NCBI GenBank assembly: GCA_963788655.1
Contig: CAWBHS010000049.1
Span: 224,001-288,000 of the forward strand
Length of the DNA: 64,000 bases
Direction: 5' to 3'
From: an uncultured Verrucomicrobiae bacterium
Lineage (GTDB): Bacteria > Verrucomicrobiota > Verrucomicrobiia > Limisphaerales > JAFGQR01
In this document: piece by piece, positions 50,455 to 59,349 of the stretch
How the letters are laid out: each line of letters begins with the position of its first letter
How positions within the stretch are numbered: the stretch's first letter is position 1
Made by a program: the position numbers and the translations under genes
The notes under the pieces: model-generated
Databases searched by the model: none
Seen by the model: the letters and a program-made list of their open reading frames with translations, nothing else
Told to the model about the DNA's origin: nothing

Positions 50455-51694
50455 TCAGGCCTTCAGCGCTTTGAGGGGGAAGTCCCATTTCTCAGCTTTG
50501 CGCATCACTTCGTCCCAGGTGACTTCGCGTTGTTCGTATGCGGCCGTGCGGCCCAGGATGGTGGTCAGCGTGCTGCGCACACTTGGGGCCACGGTGGGAT
50601 TGCTGAAGTTACCCTTCGTGATACTCGCGTAAAACGTCTTCACGTTGTTCTCGACGCCTTCGGCGTAAATCCGGTTGGTCTGGCCGCCGTTATATTTGTC
50701 GTCGCAGTTCACCGTGACGGAACCGCCGTAGTGGGTGTCGATGGTGCCCTGCGTGCCGTAGATGCGGCATTGGATGTCGTCCCAGTAACGGCCGACCTGT
50801 TTCGAGGAAAAACTGATCAGCACATCGTTCGGGAACCAGAAGATGCCGGCGAAATGGTCCCAACACGTGCCGGCATAAGGACGCGCCCGTCCGCCGGTCG
50901 CGAAGGCCTTGATCGGTGCCGCGTCCAGAATCCAGGTGCATACGTCGAGCGTGTGGATGTTTTGCTCGGTGATGATGTCGCCGCTCAGGATTCGGTCCAC
51001 CGCCCAGGCGCGCAACCGGGCTTCAGGCTGCCCCACGTGCTTCTTATATTCATCGTCCATGCCCTGGAAATACAGGCTGCACTGGTAGGTGGATTCGCCG
51101 CTGATCAATTTGCCGATAGCGCCCCCATGCACGCGTTTCACCGCTTCGATGTAAGCCGGTTGGGCGCGCGTCTGGAAGTCCACGAGAAAGACCTGCTTCT
51201 TTTCCGAAGCCGATTTGCCGCTCGCCGCAATCGACTGGCAGCCCGGCACGTCCACGGCGATGGGTTTGGCCAGATACACATGCTTGCCCGCCGCCACGGC
51301 TTCGGCCGCGTGCGACGGATGGAAATAGGGCGGGGAAATGATGGCGACCGCATCGACTTTCTCCAGGAGTTTGCGGTAACCATCCAGGCCGGTGAACCGC
51401 ATGTTCTCGGGGATGCCGTGTTTATTGCCGGCGTTGTCCGCCTTGTCTTGGAAATAATCGGCGCAGGCCACCACGTTGAAGCCGCCCTGTTTTTTGAAAA
51501 AATCCACAATCCAGGTGCCGCGGCCGCCGCAGCCGATGAGACCGAGGTTGATCTTTGGAATTGGCCTCGGCGCCATGCACGAGGCCGGGACGCAGAATGG
51601 TTGCCCCCAGCGCGGTCGCGCCGGCGCCGGCGAGGAATTTGCGGCGGGTGATTTCCGAACTGGTGGTCAAAGAAGGATTCAAATGCTCAGACAT
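50455..51694 (-). CDS. Tat-exported Gfo/Idh/MocA oxidoreductase; frameshift near 51565
   Basis: ITRRKFLAGAGA in one frame joins KINLGLIGCGGRG, GKHVYLAKPIA and GDIITEQNIHTLD. Confidence 0.9.
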
Positions 51695-51845
51695 GTATTG
51701 CTCCGGTTTCAATGGTTTCATGATGCTCTAAAGTGACGAAGGAATGGCGATGGTCATTCAACGTCGGTCCGCATTGAAGGCAGCTTGGTCCCGGCCCCTG
51801 GCTGGAAGCAAGCCGGATGTTTGAGGCTGACCGGTGTTGCGCCCT

Positions 51846-52930
51846 AACGTGCTGCCGGCATCTTGCCGGCAGATCGAACGGAGACGGGCGTAACGAACAG
51901 AGTCAGAAGTTCGAGCGCATCCCTCGCGTCCGTTTCTGCCGGCGGGACGCCGGCAGCACGCTGCTGCTGGTGTCAGTCCAACGTGCTGCCGGCATCTTGC
52001 CGGCTGTTTGGAACGGTGGTTGCGATTCAATGACCAATGCCCAATCCCCAATGACCAGAGAATGACCAATGACTAATGCCCATTACCCCATTCGCGCGAA
52101 CCTATCCCAGTCGCCGCAGCCGCCGACGTAAGGAGGCGGACCTGCTGCCCCTTTCGTTGTCCGCCTCCTCACGTCGGCGGCTACAGCCTGTCGGTGTTTT
52201 AACCTCCGTGTGAACATCCGAGTTGGCGCGCCGATGCGGTATTGGCTTGGATGCTTGGAATTTGGGGCTTCTTTGGTCCTTGGTCATTTTGCTTGCTTCC
52301 AGCGTTCGCATTTGATCGTCGTGCTTGCATCCGGTTCTGCCGGCGGGACGCCGGCAGCACGCTGCTGCTGGTGTCAGTCCAGCGTGCTGCCGGCATCTTG
52401 CCGGCTGTTTGGAACGGTGGTTGCGATTCAATGACCAATCCCCAATCCCCAATGACCAGAGAATGACCAATAACTAATGCCCATTACTCCATTCGCGCGA
52501 ACCTATCCCAGTCGCCGTAACCGCCGACGTAAGGAGGCGGACCTGCTGCCCCTTTCGTTGTCCGCCTCCTCACGTCGGCGGTTACAGCCTGTCGGTGTTT
52601 TAACCTCAGTGTGAAACATCCGGGTTGGCGCGCCGATGGGGAAATTATTTGGGTATTTGGAATTTGGGGCTTCTTTGGTCCTTGGTCATTGTGCTTGCTT
52701 CCAGCGTTCGCATTTGATCGTCGTGCTTGCATCCGGTTTCTGCCGGCGGGACGCCGGCAGCACGCTGCGGCTGGTGTCAGTCCAGCATGCTGCCGGCATC
52801 TTGCCGGCTGTTTGGAACGGTGGTTGCGATTCAATGACCAATGCCCAATCCCCAATGACCAGAGAATGACCAATGACTAATGCCCATCACTCCATTAGCG
52901 CGAACCTATCCCAGTCTCCGTAACCGCCGA
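51846..52930. repeat. Tandem array of a ~402-bp composite unit (2.5 copies) made of REP families A and B plus CAATGAC-type heptamer runs
   Basis: TCTGCCGGCGGGACGCC starts at 51935, 52336 and 52739 (periods 401 and 403). Units are highly similar. An extra family B arm lies at 51846. Confidence 0.92.
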
Positions 52931-53002
52931 CTCGCGCCGGTAGCCCCGGCTCATCAAGTGGTAGAGGGCACCTGCGTATTGGATGCGGAGCTTGCGCGCT
53001 AT
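52931..53002 (-). pseudogene. 5' remnant of a REP-associated tyrosine transposase (RAYT/Y1)
   Basis: (ATA)ARKLRIQYAGALYHLMSRGYRRE matches the typical MARKLRxxYPGAxYHVxxRGxRRE N-terminus. Cut off at the REP array. Upstream TTGACA-16-TGGGCT-6 nt. Confidence 0.75.
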
Positions 53003-53082
53003 GGGGAAAGCCCAACGGAACCGTCATTACTGTCAATCGTGAGAACTGCCCCGTTTTCGTTTATGGCTCGCCCGGCATCAAC

Positions 53083-53187
53083 CGAAAGCGGGAGCAAGCT
53101 CCGCGCATTCCAAACGCTCCGCGACGAACGGTGCGAAACAAACGTCGCGCCAGCGTTTGGAGTGCGTCCGGCTTGCCGGCGCTTTCG
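53083..53187. repeat. REP-like doublet (family C)
   Basis: Arms near-identical to 4170-4278. Confidence 0.85.
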
Positions 53188-53343
53188 ACTGCAGCCAGGC
53201 GGGCAAACAACCCCCACACCCTCCAAAAAAGTGCCCTGGGCGCACGAGATCCCCATGCCGGCGTAACGTGAGCTGCATCCCGTCCGCTTGGATGCGGCGG
53301 TTTTCGATTGCCAAATCGGCCGGGCTCTGGCTTAAGTCGGGCG

Positions 53344-53802
53344 GTGGCATTCCTGAGGACATTTCTAAAATACTGGTTGCCGGTCTGGATCTGGATGGCG
53401 TTCATCTTTTCGGCCTCGACCGATGTGCTGTCGGCGCCACGCACCTCCCGCATCATTGGGCCCATCTTGCGCTGGTTCAAACCGGACCTTTCCAACGCCA
53501 CAATTTACCGGGTCCAATATGGTGTCCGCAAAACCGGGCACGTGACCGAATATGCCGTGCTGGCGATGCTCCTGTGGCGCGCGCTCCGCCAACCAAAGAC
53601 GAACGAGTCGCCGTTTTGGCGGTGGTCCGCCGCCGGGGTGGCGCTGGTGGTGGCGGCGCTTTATGCGGGGAGCGACGAATGGCATCAATCGCTGGTGCCG
53701 AGTCGGGATGGCCGCGTGGGCGATGTGCTGCTGGATACGTGCGGGGCGGCCGCGGGTTTGGGCCTGCTCTGGGCATACGGCCGGCGGCGCGACCGAGGAT
53801 AG
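53344..53802 (+). CDS. VanZ family membrane protein
   Basis: KYWLPVWIWMAFIFSAS, VRKTGHVTEYAVL, YAGSDEWHQSLVPSRDGRVGDVLLD. Confidence 0.9.
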   Translation: MAFLRTFLKYWLPVWIWMAFIFSASTDVLSAPRTSRIIGPILRWFKPDLSNATIYRVQYGVRKTGHVTEYAVLAMLLWRALRQPKTNESPFWRWSAAGVALVVAALYAGSDEWHQSLVPSRDGRVGDVLLDTCGAAAGLGLLWAYGRRRDRG

Positions 53803-53812
53803 GTTTTAAATC

Positions 53813-56287
53813 ATGAAGCGCCCGCTGCTCAACGTGGCGCTGCTTTACATTAGTGGCGTGTTGCTGGGGGAGCACATCGCAATCCCCCTCGGACTTCTTT
53901 TGCCTGGCGCCTGGTTGCTCGCGCTGGCGGCACTGGCTCTCGCGCGGGTGCGCAAGTATTTGCTGGCGCCACTAATTGTGCTGGTGGGGACATTGAACCT
54001 CACGTTGCACCGCGTGCCATTGGCGCCGGATGATTTGCGTTTGTTGATGGGCGCGAAGCCGGAGATTGTCCGGGTACGCGGGGTGTTGGAAGAGGATCCC
54101 ACCGAGCGAATCTATCAGCAAGCGGGCGAGGATGTTTCCCGCACGATGGCCCGGGTGCGGGTCACTGGATTGAAACCCAATCGCGCTTCCTGGCAACCGG
54201 CGTCGGGCCGGTTGGCGGTCACCACGGGCGGCGAATTTCCCGAACCACTGTGGAAAGGTCAGCGCGTCGAAATCGATGGGGTGTTGGCCCCGCCCGACGG
54301 ACCATTGGCGGAAGGCTTGTTCGACTACCGCGCTTACCTGCGGAACCTCGGCATCTATTATCAATTGCAGGTGCAGTCGCCGTTTGATTGGAAGGTGCTC
54401 CCGCCCCGCGTTGTGCCCGGTTTGGCAACGCGCTTTGGCGAATGGGCACGCGGGGTCCTGGCGCGTGGCTTGCCCGTCGAGGATGAACCATTGCACTTGC
54501 TTTGGGCTATGACGCTGGGCTGGCGCACCCGGCTTACCGGCGAAGTGTCGGATCCGTTTATGCGTTCGGGAACGCTCCATGTGTTTGCCATCAGCGGTCT
54601 GCACGTGGCGTTGGTGTGCGGGATTATTGTTCTCGTATTGCGCGTTTTCAAAGTGCCACGCGGGGCGTGCGGAATCGTCGTGATTCCGTTGTTGTGGTTC
54701 TATGCGGCAGTGACGGGTTGGCCCGCGTCGGCAGTGCGGGCGACTGTCATGATGTCGGTGATCATTGCCGGTTGGTCGCTGCACCGGCCAAGTGACCTGT
54801 TGAATTCGCTGGCCGCCGCGGGACTCATCATCTTGGTGTGGGATCCGTTGCAGGTGTTCCAGGCGAGTTTCCAACTCTCCTTTTCCGTGGTGCTCAGTCT
54901 GGCCCTGGTGGGTCCGCCTTTGTATCGGTGGAGCCAACGCTGGTGGCAACCCGATCCATTCTTGCCCGAAGAACTGCGTTCCCCCTGGCAGCGGCGGCTG
55001 GATGTTGGTTGGCGCTGGCTGCGAGCGAGCCTCGTAACCTCACTGGCGGCCTGGCTGGGATCGCTGCCGCTCATCGCCCATTACTTCCATCTGTTTACGC
55101 CGGTCAGTCTGCTGGCCAATGTTTTCATTGTGAACCTGGCAGCCGTGGCCTTGACCAGCAGTCTGGCCAGCGTGCTGTGCGGCGCCTGGTGGCCGGGGGT
55201 GTCCGTGCTGTTCAATCACAGTGCCTGGTTCATCATGGCGGTGATGTCCTGGACCAGCCGACACATCGCGGAATGGCCGGGCGCCTGGTTCTATGTTCGC
55301 AGTCCTTCAGCCGCCGGGCTGGCCTTGTATTACGGGATTCTCCTCAGTCTTGCGGCGGGTTGGTGGAGGCGGGCCAAGTGGCGGCCGTATATGGCAACAA
55401 TTTTGGGAATGACAGCCTTGTGGTGGGCGGGCGAGCAAATCATGTCAGCCACCCAAACGCGGATGACCGTGCTCCCGCTCAATGGCGGTCATGCCATTTA
55501 TTTCGACGCGCCGGGTTGGCGGTCCGATCTCCTGATCGATTGCGGCAATGAATCATCCGTTCAATCGGTCGTGATCCCGTTTTTCAAAGCCCAAGGCATG
55601 AACCGGCTTCCCACCCTGGCCCTGACCCATGGTGATGTGCGCCATGTGGGGGGCGTTGGACAGTTGAACGAAACGTTTCCGGTGCCGCGCATCATCAGGA
55701 GCCACTTGCGATTTCGGTCACCGCTTTACCGCAAGTGGGAGCAGGAGTTTGATCCCGCCGCCGGGCGGGCGCGCCTGGTTCAGCCGGATGACATGGTGGG
55801 ATGTTGGAAAGTGCTTCATCCGGATGCCGAAGATCATTTTGCTCAGGCGGACGACGGATCGTTGGTGTTGTGGGGCGACTTCCGGGGAACGCGCATTTTA
55901 ATGTTGGGGGATTTGGGTAAGGCCGGCCAGGCGGCGCTATTGACTCGCTATCCCGGCTTGCGGGCGGACATCGTCGTTTCCGGTTTGCCCGAGAAGACTG
56001 AGCCGCTCGACAATGCGTTCATCCAGGCGCTGCAACCGCAGATGTTGATTATCGCCGATTCGCGATATCCGGCGACACAACACGCCAGTCGCAAGGTGCA
56101 AGCGCGGCTGCGGCTCCAGCGCCTGTCGGTGCTTTACACCAGGGAAACCGGCGCGCTGACGATTGAGCTGCACCGCCGCGGTTGGACGATAGTCGGCATG
56201 CACGGCGAAGGCATTTCGGGCGGCCCCGGCGGGATCATTCAACCGGCCGGGTCAGTCGCACTGCGACATGACGAGCTTGCGGAATGA
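53813..56287 (+). CDS. comEC: ComEC/Rec2 competence protein (DUF4131 + Competence + MBL domains)
   Basis: FDYRAYL, GTLHVFAISGLHV, SAVRATVM, SFQLSF, LLIDCG, LTHGDVRHVGG. Confidence 0.93.
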   Translation: MKRPLLNVALLYISGVLLGEHIAIPLGLLLPGAWLLALAALALARVRKYLLAPLIVLVGTLNLTLHRVPLAPDDLRLLMGAKPEIVRVRGVLEEDPTERIYQQAGEDVSRTMARVRVTGLKPNRASWQPASGRLAVTTGGEFPEPLWKGQRVEIDGVLAPPDGPLAEGLFDYRAYLRNLGIYYQLQVQSPFDWKVLPPRVVPGLATRFGEWARGVLARGLPVEDEPLHLLWAMTLGWRTRLTGEVSDPFMRSGTLHVFAISGLHVALVCGIIVLVLRVFKVPRGACGIVVIPLLWFYAAVTGWPASAVRATVMMSVIIAGWSLHRPSDLLNSLAAAGLIILVWDPLQVFQASFQLSFSVVLSLALVGPPLYRWSQRWWQPDPFLPEELRSPWQRRLDVGWRWLRASLVTSLAAWLGSLPLIAHYFHLFTPVSLLANVFIVNLAAVALTSSLASVLCGAWWPGVSVLFNHSAWFIMAVMSWTSRHIAEWPGAWFYVRSPSAAGLALYYGILLSLAAGWWRRAKWRPYMATILGMTALWWAGEQIMSATQTRMTVLPLNGGHAIYFDAPGWRSDLLIDCGNESSVQSVVIPFFKAQGMNRLPTLALTHGDVRHVGGVGQLNETFPVPRIIRSHLRFRSPLYRKWEQEFDPAAGRARLVQPDDMVGCWKVLHPDAEDHFAQADDGSLVLWGDFRGTRILMLGDLGKAGQAALLTRYPGLRADIVVSGLPEKTEPLDNAFIQALQPQMLIIADSRYPATQHASRKVQARLRLQRLSVLYTRETGALTIELHRRGWTIVGMHGEGISGGPGGIIQPAGSVALRHDELAE

Positions 56288-56585
56288 TGAACTTCTTGAC
56301 CTCGACCGTGATGGATTGGGGACGAAACTCCTCAAGGATCATGGACGCGATGTCAGCCGCCAGCGTTTCGATCAACGCCCAGTGAACCCCTTCGCCGAAG
56401 CCCAACAGTTTCTGGGTAACCGCGTAATAATCGATGGTGTCCGCCAAGTCATCGTTGGTGCTGGCCGCTTTGAAGTCATGCGTCATTTCCACGGTGAGTA
56501 ACAGGCGCTGCGGCTTGCCGCGCTCTTCATCCGTCACGCCCACCTGATAGAACACTTCGAGATCGGAGATGATGATTTTGTCCAT
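56235..56585 (-). CDS. folB: Dihydroneopterin aldolase
   Basis: MDKIIISDL...GVTDEERGKPQRL, DDLADTIDY, LIETLA, VEVKK. Confidence 0.93.
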   Translation of the reverse strand: MDKIIISDLEVFYQVGVTDEERGKPQRLLLTVEMTHDFKAASTNDDLADTIDYYAVTQKLLGFGEGVHWALIETLAADIASMILEEFRPQSITVEVKKFIIPQARHVAVRLTRPVE

Positions 56586-56588
56586 GGT

Positions 56589-57668
56589 TCAAGGAGTGGT
56601 TTCAGTCGCCGTTGAGTATTTGGCCAACACCGATTCCAACAGGATGCGGGTCGGCTGGTTCAAGTCCAATTTCAACGCGGCCTCGGGGGATAGCCAACGA
56701 AAGGCTTCCGCTTCGTCATTTAATTTGACTTGGGGATCGAGGCCGCAACGGCAGGTGTAATTCAACAGGATGAAATGCGCGGGTCGGTAGAATTCCTCCG
56801 ACGCAATGCAGTCCTGCACCAGCACAAACTCAAGGTTGGTGATGTCGAGATTGGTTTCCTCCTTCAGTTCGCGGCGCAACGCGTCGTGCGACGTTTCGCC
56901 GAACTTGATTTTGCCGCCGGGAATGCCCCACAAGCGGGACCATTTGCGGGTCCGCACCATCAACACCTGGTTGGCCGGATTGAAGATCAGCGCACCCACC
57001 GTGGCCACCGGGCGATTGTCCAGGGGCGCGGGATTGAACTCGAGTTGGTTCCGTTCAAGGATCGCTTGCAATTCCGCCAAATGCTCGACCATCAGATCCG
57101 GTTTGGCGACGCGCAGTTGCTGCACGCTGTTGTATCCGGTGAGCACCGCGCAGGAATAGACGCCGCCGTGCCGCGCCGTTTCGATGTCGTGCTGCATGTC
57201 GCCGACGAACAGGGTCTCCTGCGGCTCGAGTTGGTTCTCCGCCAGTATCTCGCCGATCTTGTGGCGTTTGTCGTGGACGCCGAGGTAAGCCTTGTCGAGC
57301 AACGCCGCAAAGCCGGTTTGAGCCGCCTGCACCTGGAAATGATCGTGCCGCACCGTGCTGAGCACCAACGTGCGGAGTCGGCGCGCGCGGCAAAATTCGA
57401 GGAACGCCCGGGCGTGCGGCAGCTCGATGACGGAATCCTGGGCCTGGCAGAAATGCTCATGAAACCAAGCTTCCAACTGATCGAGGGGAACGTGGGGGGT
57501 GAACCGGTCGTAGAATCCGCGAAACGGCAAACTGAATTCCGCGCGAAACTGGTCGAGCGTCATTTCCGACAAGCCGGCCCGCACGAACACATGGTTCGTA
57601 GCCAGCAAGACCGCCGGCAAATCGTCCACCAACGTGCCCGACCAGTCGAAAATGATGTTGCGAATCAC
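56589..57668 (-). CDS. HAD-family phosphatase fused to Nudix hydrolase
   Basis: HAD motifs IIFDWSGTL and FVGDMQHD; Nudix box PGGKIKFGETSHDALRRELKEETNL. Stop lies 3 bp from the folB start. Confidence 0.92.
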   Translation of the reverse strand: MIRNIIFDWSGTLVDDLPAVLLATNHVFVRAGLSEMTLDQFRAEFSLPFRGFYDRFTPHVPLDQLEAWFHEHFCQAQDSVIELPHARAFLEFCRARRLRTLVLSTVRHDHFQVQAAQTGFAALLDKAYLGVHDKRHKIGEILAENQLEPQETLFVGDMQHDIETARHGGVYSCAVLTGYNSVQQLRVAKPDLMVEHLAELQAILERNQLEFNPAPLDNRPVATVGALIFNPANQVLMVRTRKWSRLWGIPGGKIKFGETSHDALRRELKEETNLDITNLEFVLVQDCIASEEFYRPAHFILLNYTCRCGLDPQVKLNDEAEAFRWLSPEAALKLDLNQPTRILLESVLAKYSTATETTP

Positions 57669-57674
57669 GAGCCG

Positions 57675-57702
57675 AGTTTAGCGCAGTTGCGATGGCTGGC
57701 AA
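57675..57702 (-). promoter_or_regulatory. Leaderless sigma70-like promoter of the HAD-Nudix/folB pair
   Basis: TTGCCA-16 bp-TAAACT-6 nt-GTG(57668). Confidence 0.6.
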
Positions 57703-57834
57703 CGTCGGGGAGGAACGAAATCCGAAAGTAAGCTGAAGGCCGAAACCCGAAAGAGACGCGTCCGTTAGCACAGTGGTTCCTTTAAAGTCAGCGGCGTTCT
57801 CACGAACGCAGCCACAGCGCCTGCATACATACGG

Positions 57835-58527
57835 CTAAGGATGAAACAGCAGCCTCGCATAACCGTAGGCAATGGTTTCGTCGATCACGGTGCGCACGCC
57901 TTCACTGGTTTGCCACCAATGGGCGGGATCGTATCCCCGTTCCTTGATGGCAGTGATGCCGACGTTGGCATCCTTGCCCAGTGCCATTTGAAAGAGCAGC
58001 CAGGTTCGGCGCGCATGCGGCCCTACGGTCATCACATGAAAGTTCCGCGTGGGAATTTGATGTTGGTCCAGCCATTGCCGGAGGGCGACGGCCGAAGCGA
58101 ATGTTCGGTTGCGAAAGGTCTCCGGGGCCGGCACCGTTTGCACCGCATTGGAATTGAGCCCCAACCGCAACAAGATGGCAGTGCCCAGTTCAGCGTGCGT
58201 TTTGTAGTCCGCCAAGTAGGCACCTTTCTCGAGCGGTCCCCCGGTAACATAAAGTTTCGTGTACGGGTGTTGGTTGAATTCGTTCAGCGCCTCCTTCAAT
58301 GCATAATCAGGCGCCCAGCCTTCGACGACCAGGGCACCGCTATAAATCGGGTGGGTCGGTGCCAGGAATGGATACACCTGTGTGCCTGCCAACAACGCCA
58401 GTGCGGCCACAGTGAGCAGCAAGACCGCCCACCCGCGCCACGTAGGCAGCCAGCACTGCCGGCTCCGGAGCAATCCCCAGCAGCGCTGGCTTTGTTTCTT
58501 CGGGGAAGCCATGGAGGGGGAAATCAC
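57835..58527 (-). CDS. YdcF/ElyC (DUF218) family membrane protein
   Basis: N-terminal TM helix; LVVEGW, YVTGG, RTFASA, VMTVGPHARR. Confidence 0.8.
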   Translation of the reverse strand: MISPSMASPKKQSQRCWGLLRSRQCWLPTWRGWAVLLLTVAALALLAGTQVYPFLAPTHPIYSGALVVEGWAPDYALKEALNEFNQHPYTKLYVTGGPLEKGAYLADYKTHAELGTAILLRLGLNSNAVQTVPAPETFRNRTFASAVALRQWLDQHQIPTRNFHVMTVGPHARRTWLLFQMALGKDANVGITAIKERGYDPAHWWQTSEGVRTVIDETIAYGYARLLFHP

Positions 58528-58610
58528 CTAATTGGCAGGTAAGCACTGGTTCGTCGCATTCATGTCGGAACTTTAACGCAACCAGGCGTCTGCCCACAAG
58601 CGGTTTGCGC

Positions 58611-58764
58611 TTAACACTACAGCGACACTTCCGAAGCACGGAGCGCGGCCTTTAGGCCGCTTCAAGCACCAAGGATCTGCCAGCGGCTTATTGAATAGGA
58701 CGGTGAAGCGGCGTAAACGCCGCGCTCCATCCGCGATTGGTGGAAAGTGTCGCTGTAGGGTTAA
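58611..58764. mobile_element. MITE-like element: ~22-bp terminal inverted repeats enclosing a REP doublet (family F)
   Basis: Outer TTAACACTACAGCGACACTTCC / GGAAAGTGTCGCTGTAGGGTTAA. Inner GGAGCGCGGCCTTTAGGCCGCTTCA / TGAAGCGGCGTAAACGCCGCGCTCC. Confidence 0.7.
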
Positions 58765-58816
58765 TTCAGCCGGAACTGCGCTTGCCTGGATTCCTTTCAT
58801 CTGCTGAACTGCGGGC

Positions 58817-59287
58817 ATGGCATCCTCGGGTTTGACCACTGATGGCGCGCCGGGGCCGGGCGCTGCTTCGCTGACGCACACGATCACCTTTCGCGTGCGC
58901 TACAGCGAAACCGATCAGATGGGCACGTTTTATAATTCCCGGGCGCTCGAATGGTTCGAGTGCGGCCGCACCGAATTTCTCCGACACCAGGGCCTGCCCT
59001 ACACCGCGATGGAAGCGCGCGGGACTTTTCTGCCGCTGGTGGAAGCGCATGTGGAATTTCGCGGACGCGCCCGCTATGATGATTTGTTGAAAATGACGAC
59101 GACCATGAGTTGGGTCGGCCGGGCGCGAGTGCGTCTGGACGAATCCATTATCCAGGTTGCCAATGGCAAACCCGTGGCCACCGGTTACACGGTCCACACC
59201 TTCACCGATCAAAGCGGCAAGCCGATCCGTCCGCCAGGTTGGTTTATGGAAGCGTTGGGCGGACCTAATCCAGCGGTGCGGTGCTGA
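58817..59287 (+). CDS. Acyl-CoA thioesterase (YbgC/4HBT family)
   Basis: RVRYSETDQMG...WFECGRTEFLR, ARYDDLL. Confidence 0.92.
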   Translation: MASSGLTTDGAPGPGAASLTHTITFRVRYSETDQMGTFYNSRALEWFECGRTEFLRHQGLPYTAMEARGTFLPLVEAHVEFRGRARYDDLLKMTTTMSWVGRARVRLDESIIQVANGKPVATGYTVHTFTDQSGKPIRPPGWFMEALGGPNPAVRC

Positions 59288-59349
59288 CAAAATTTCCTTT
59301 TCGACAGCCCGCTCGAACGAGTAAAAAATCCAGCAGCAACTCCCTTTGC

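Noticed and set aside
50413..51651. 412-aa plus-strand ORF
   Set aside because: Antisense shadow of the Gfo/Idh/MocA gene.
51758..53266. Repeated short ORFs (MVILWSLGIG...) or a CRISPR array
   Set aside because: The ORFs are translations of the tandem repeat. The ~402-bp unit has no unique spacers, and no cas genes are present.
56235..56287. Convergent overlap of comEC and folB 3' ends
   Set aside because: Short tail-to-tail overlaps are common in GC-rich genomes; no evidence of function.
57745..57830. tRNA-like start (GTTAGCACAGTGGTT)
   Set aside because: No T-loop GTTCRA and no closing acceptor stem.
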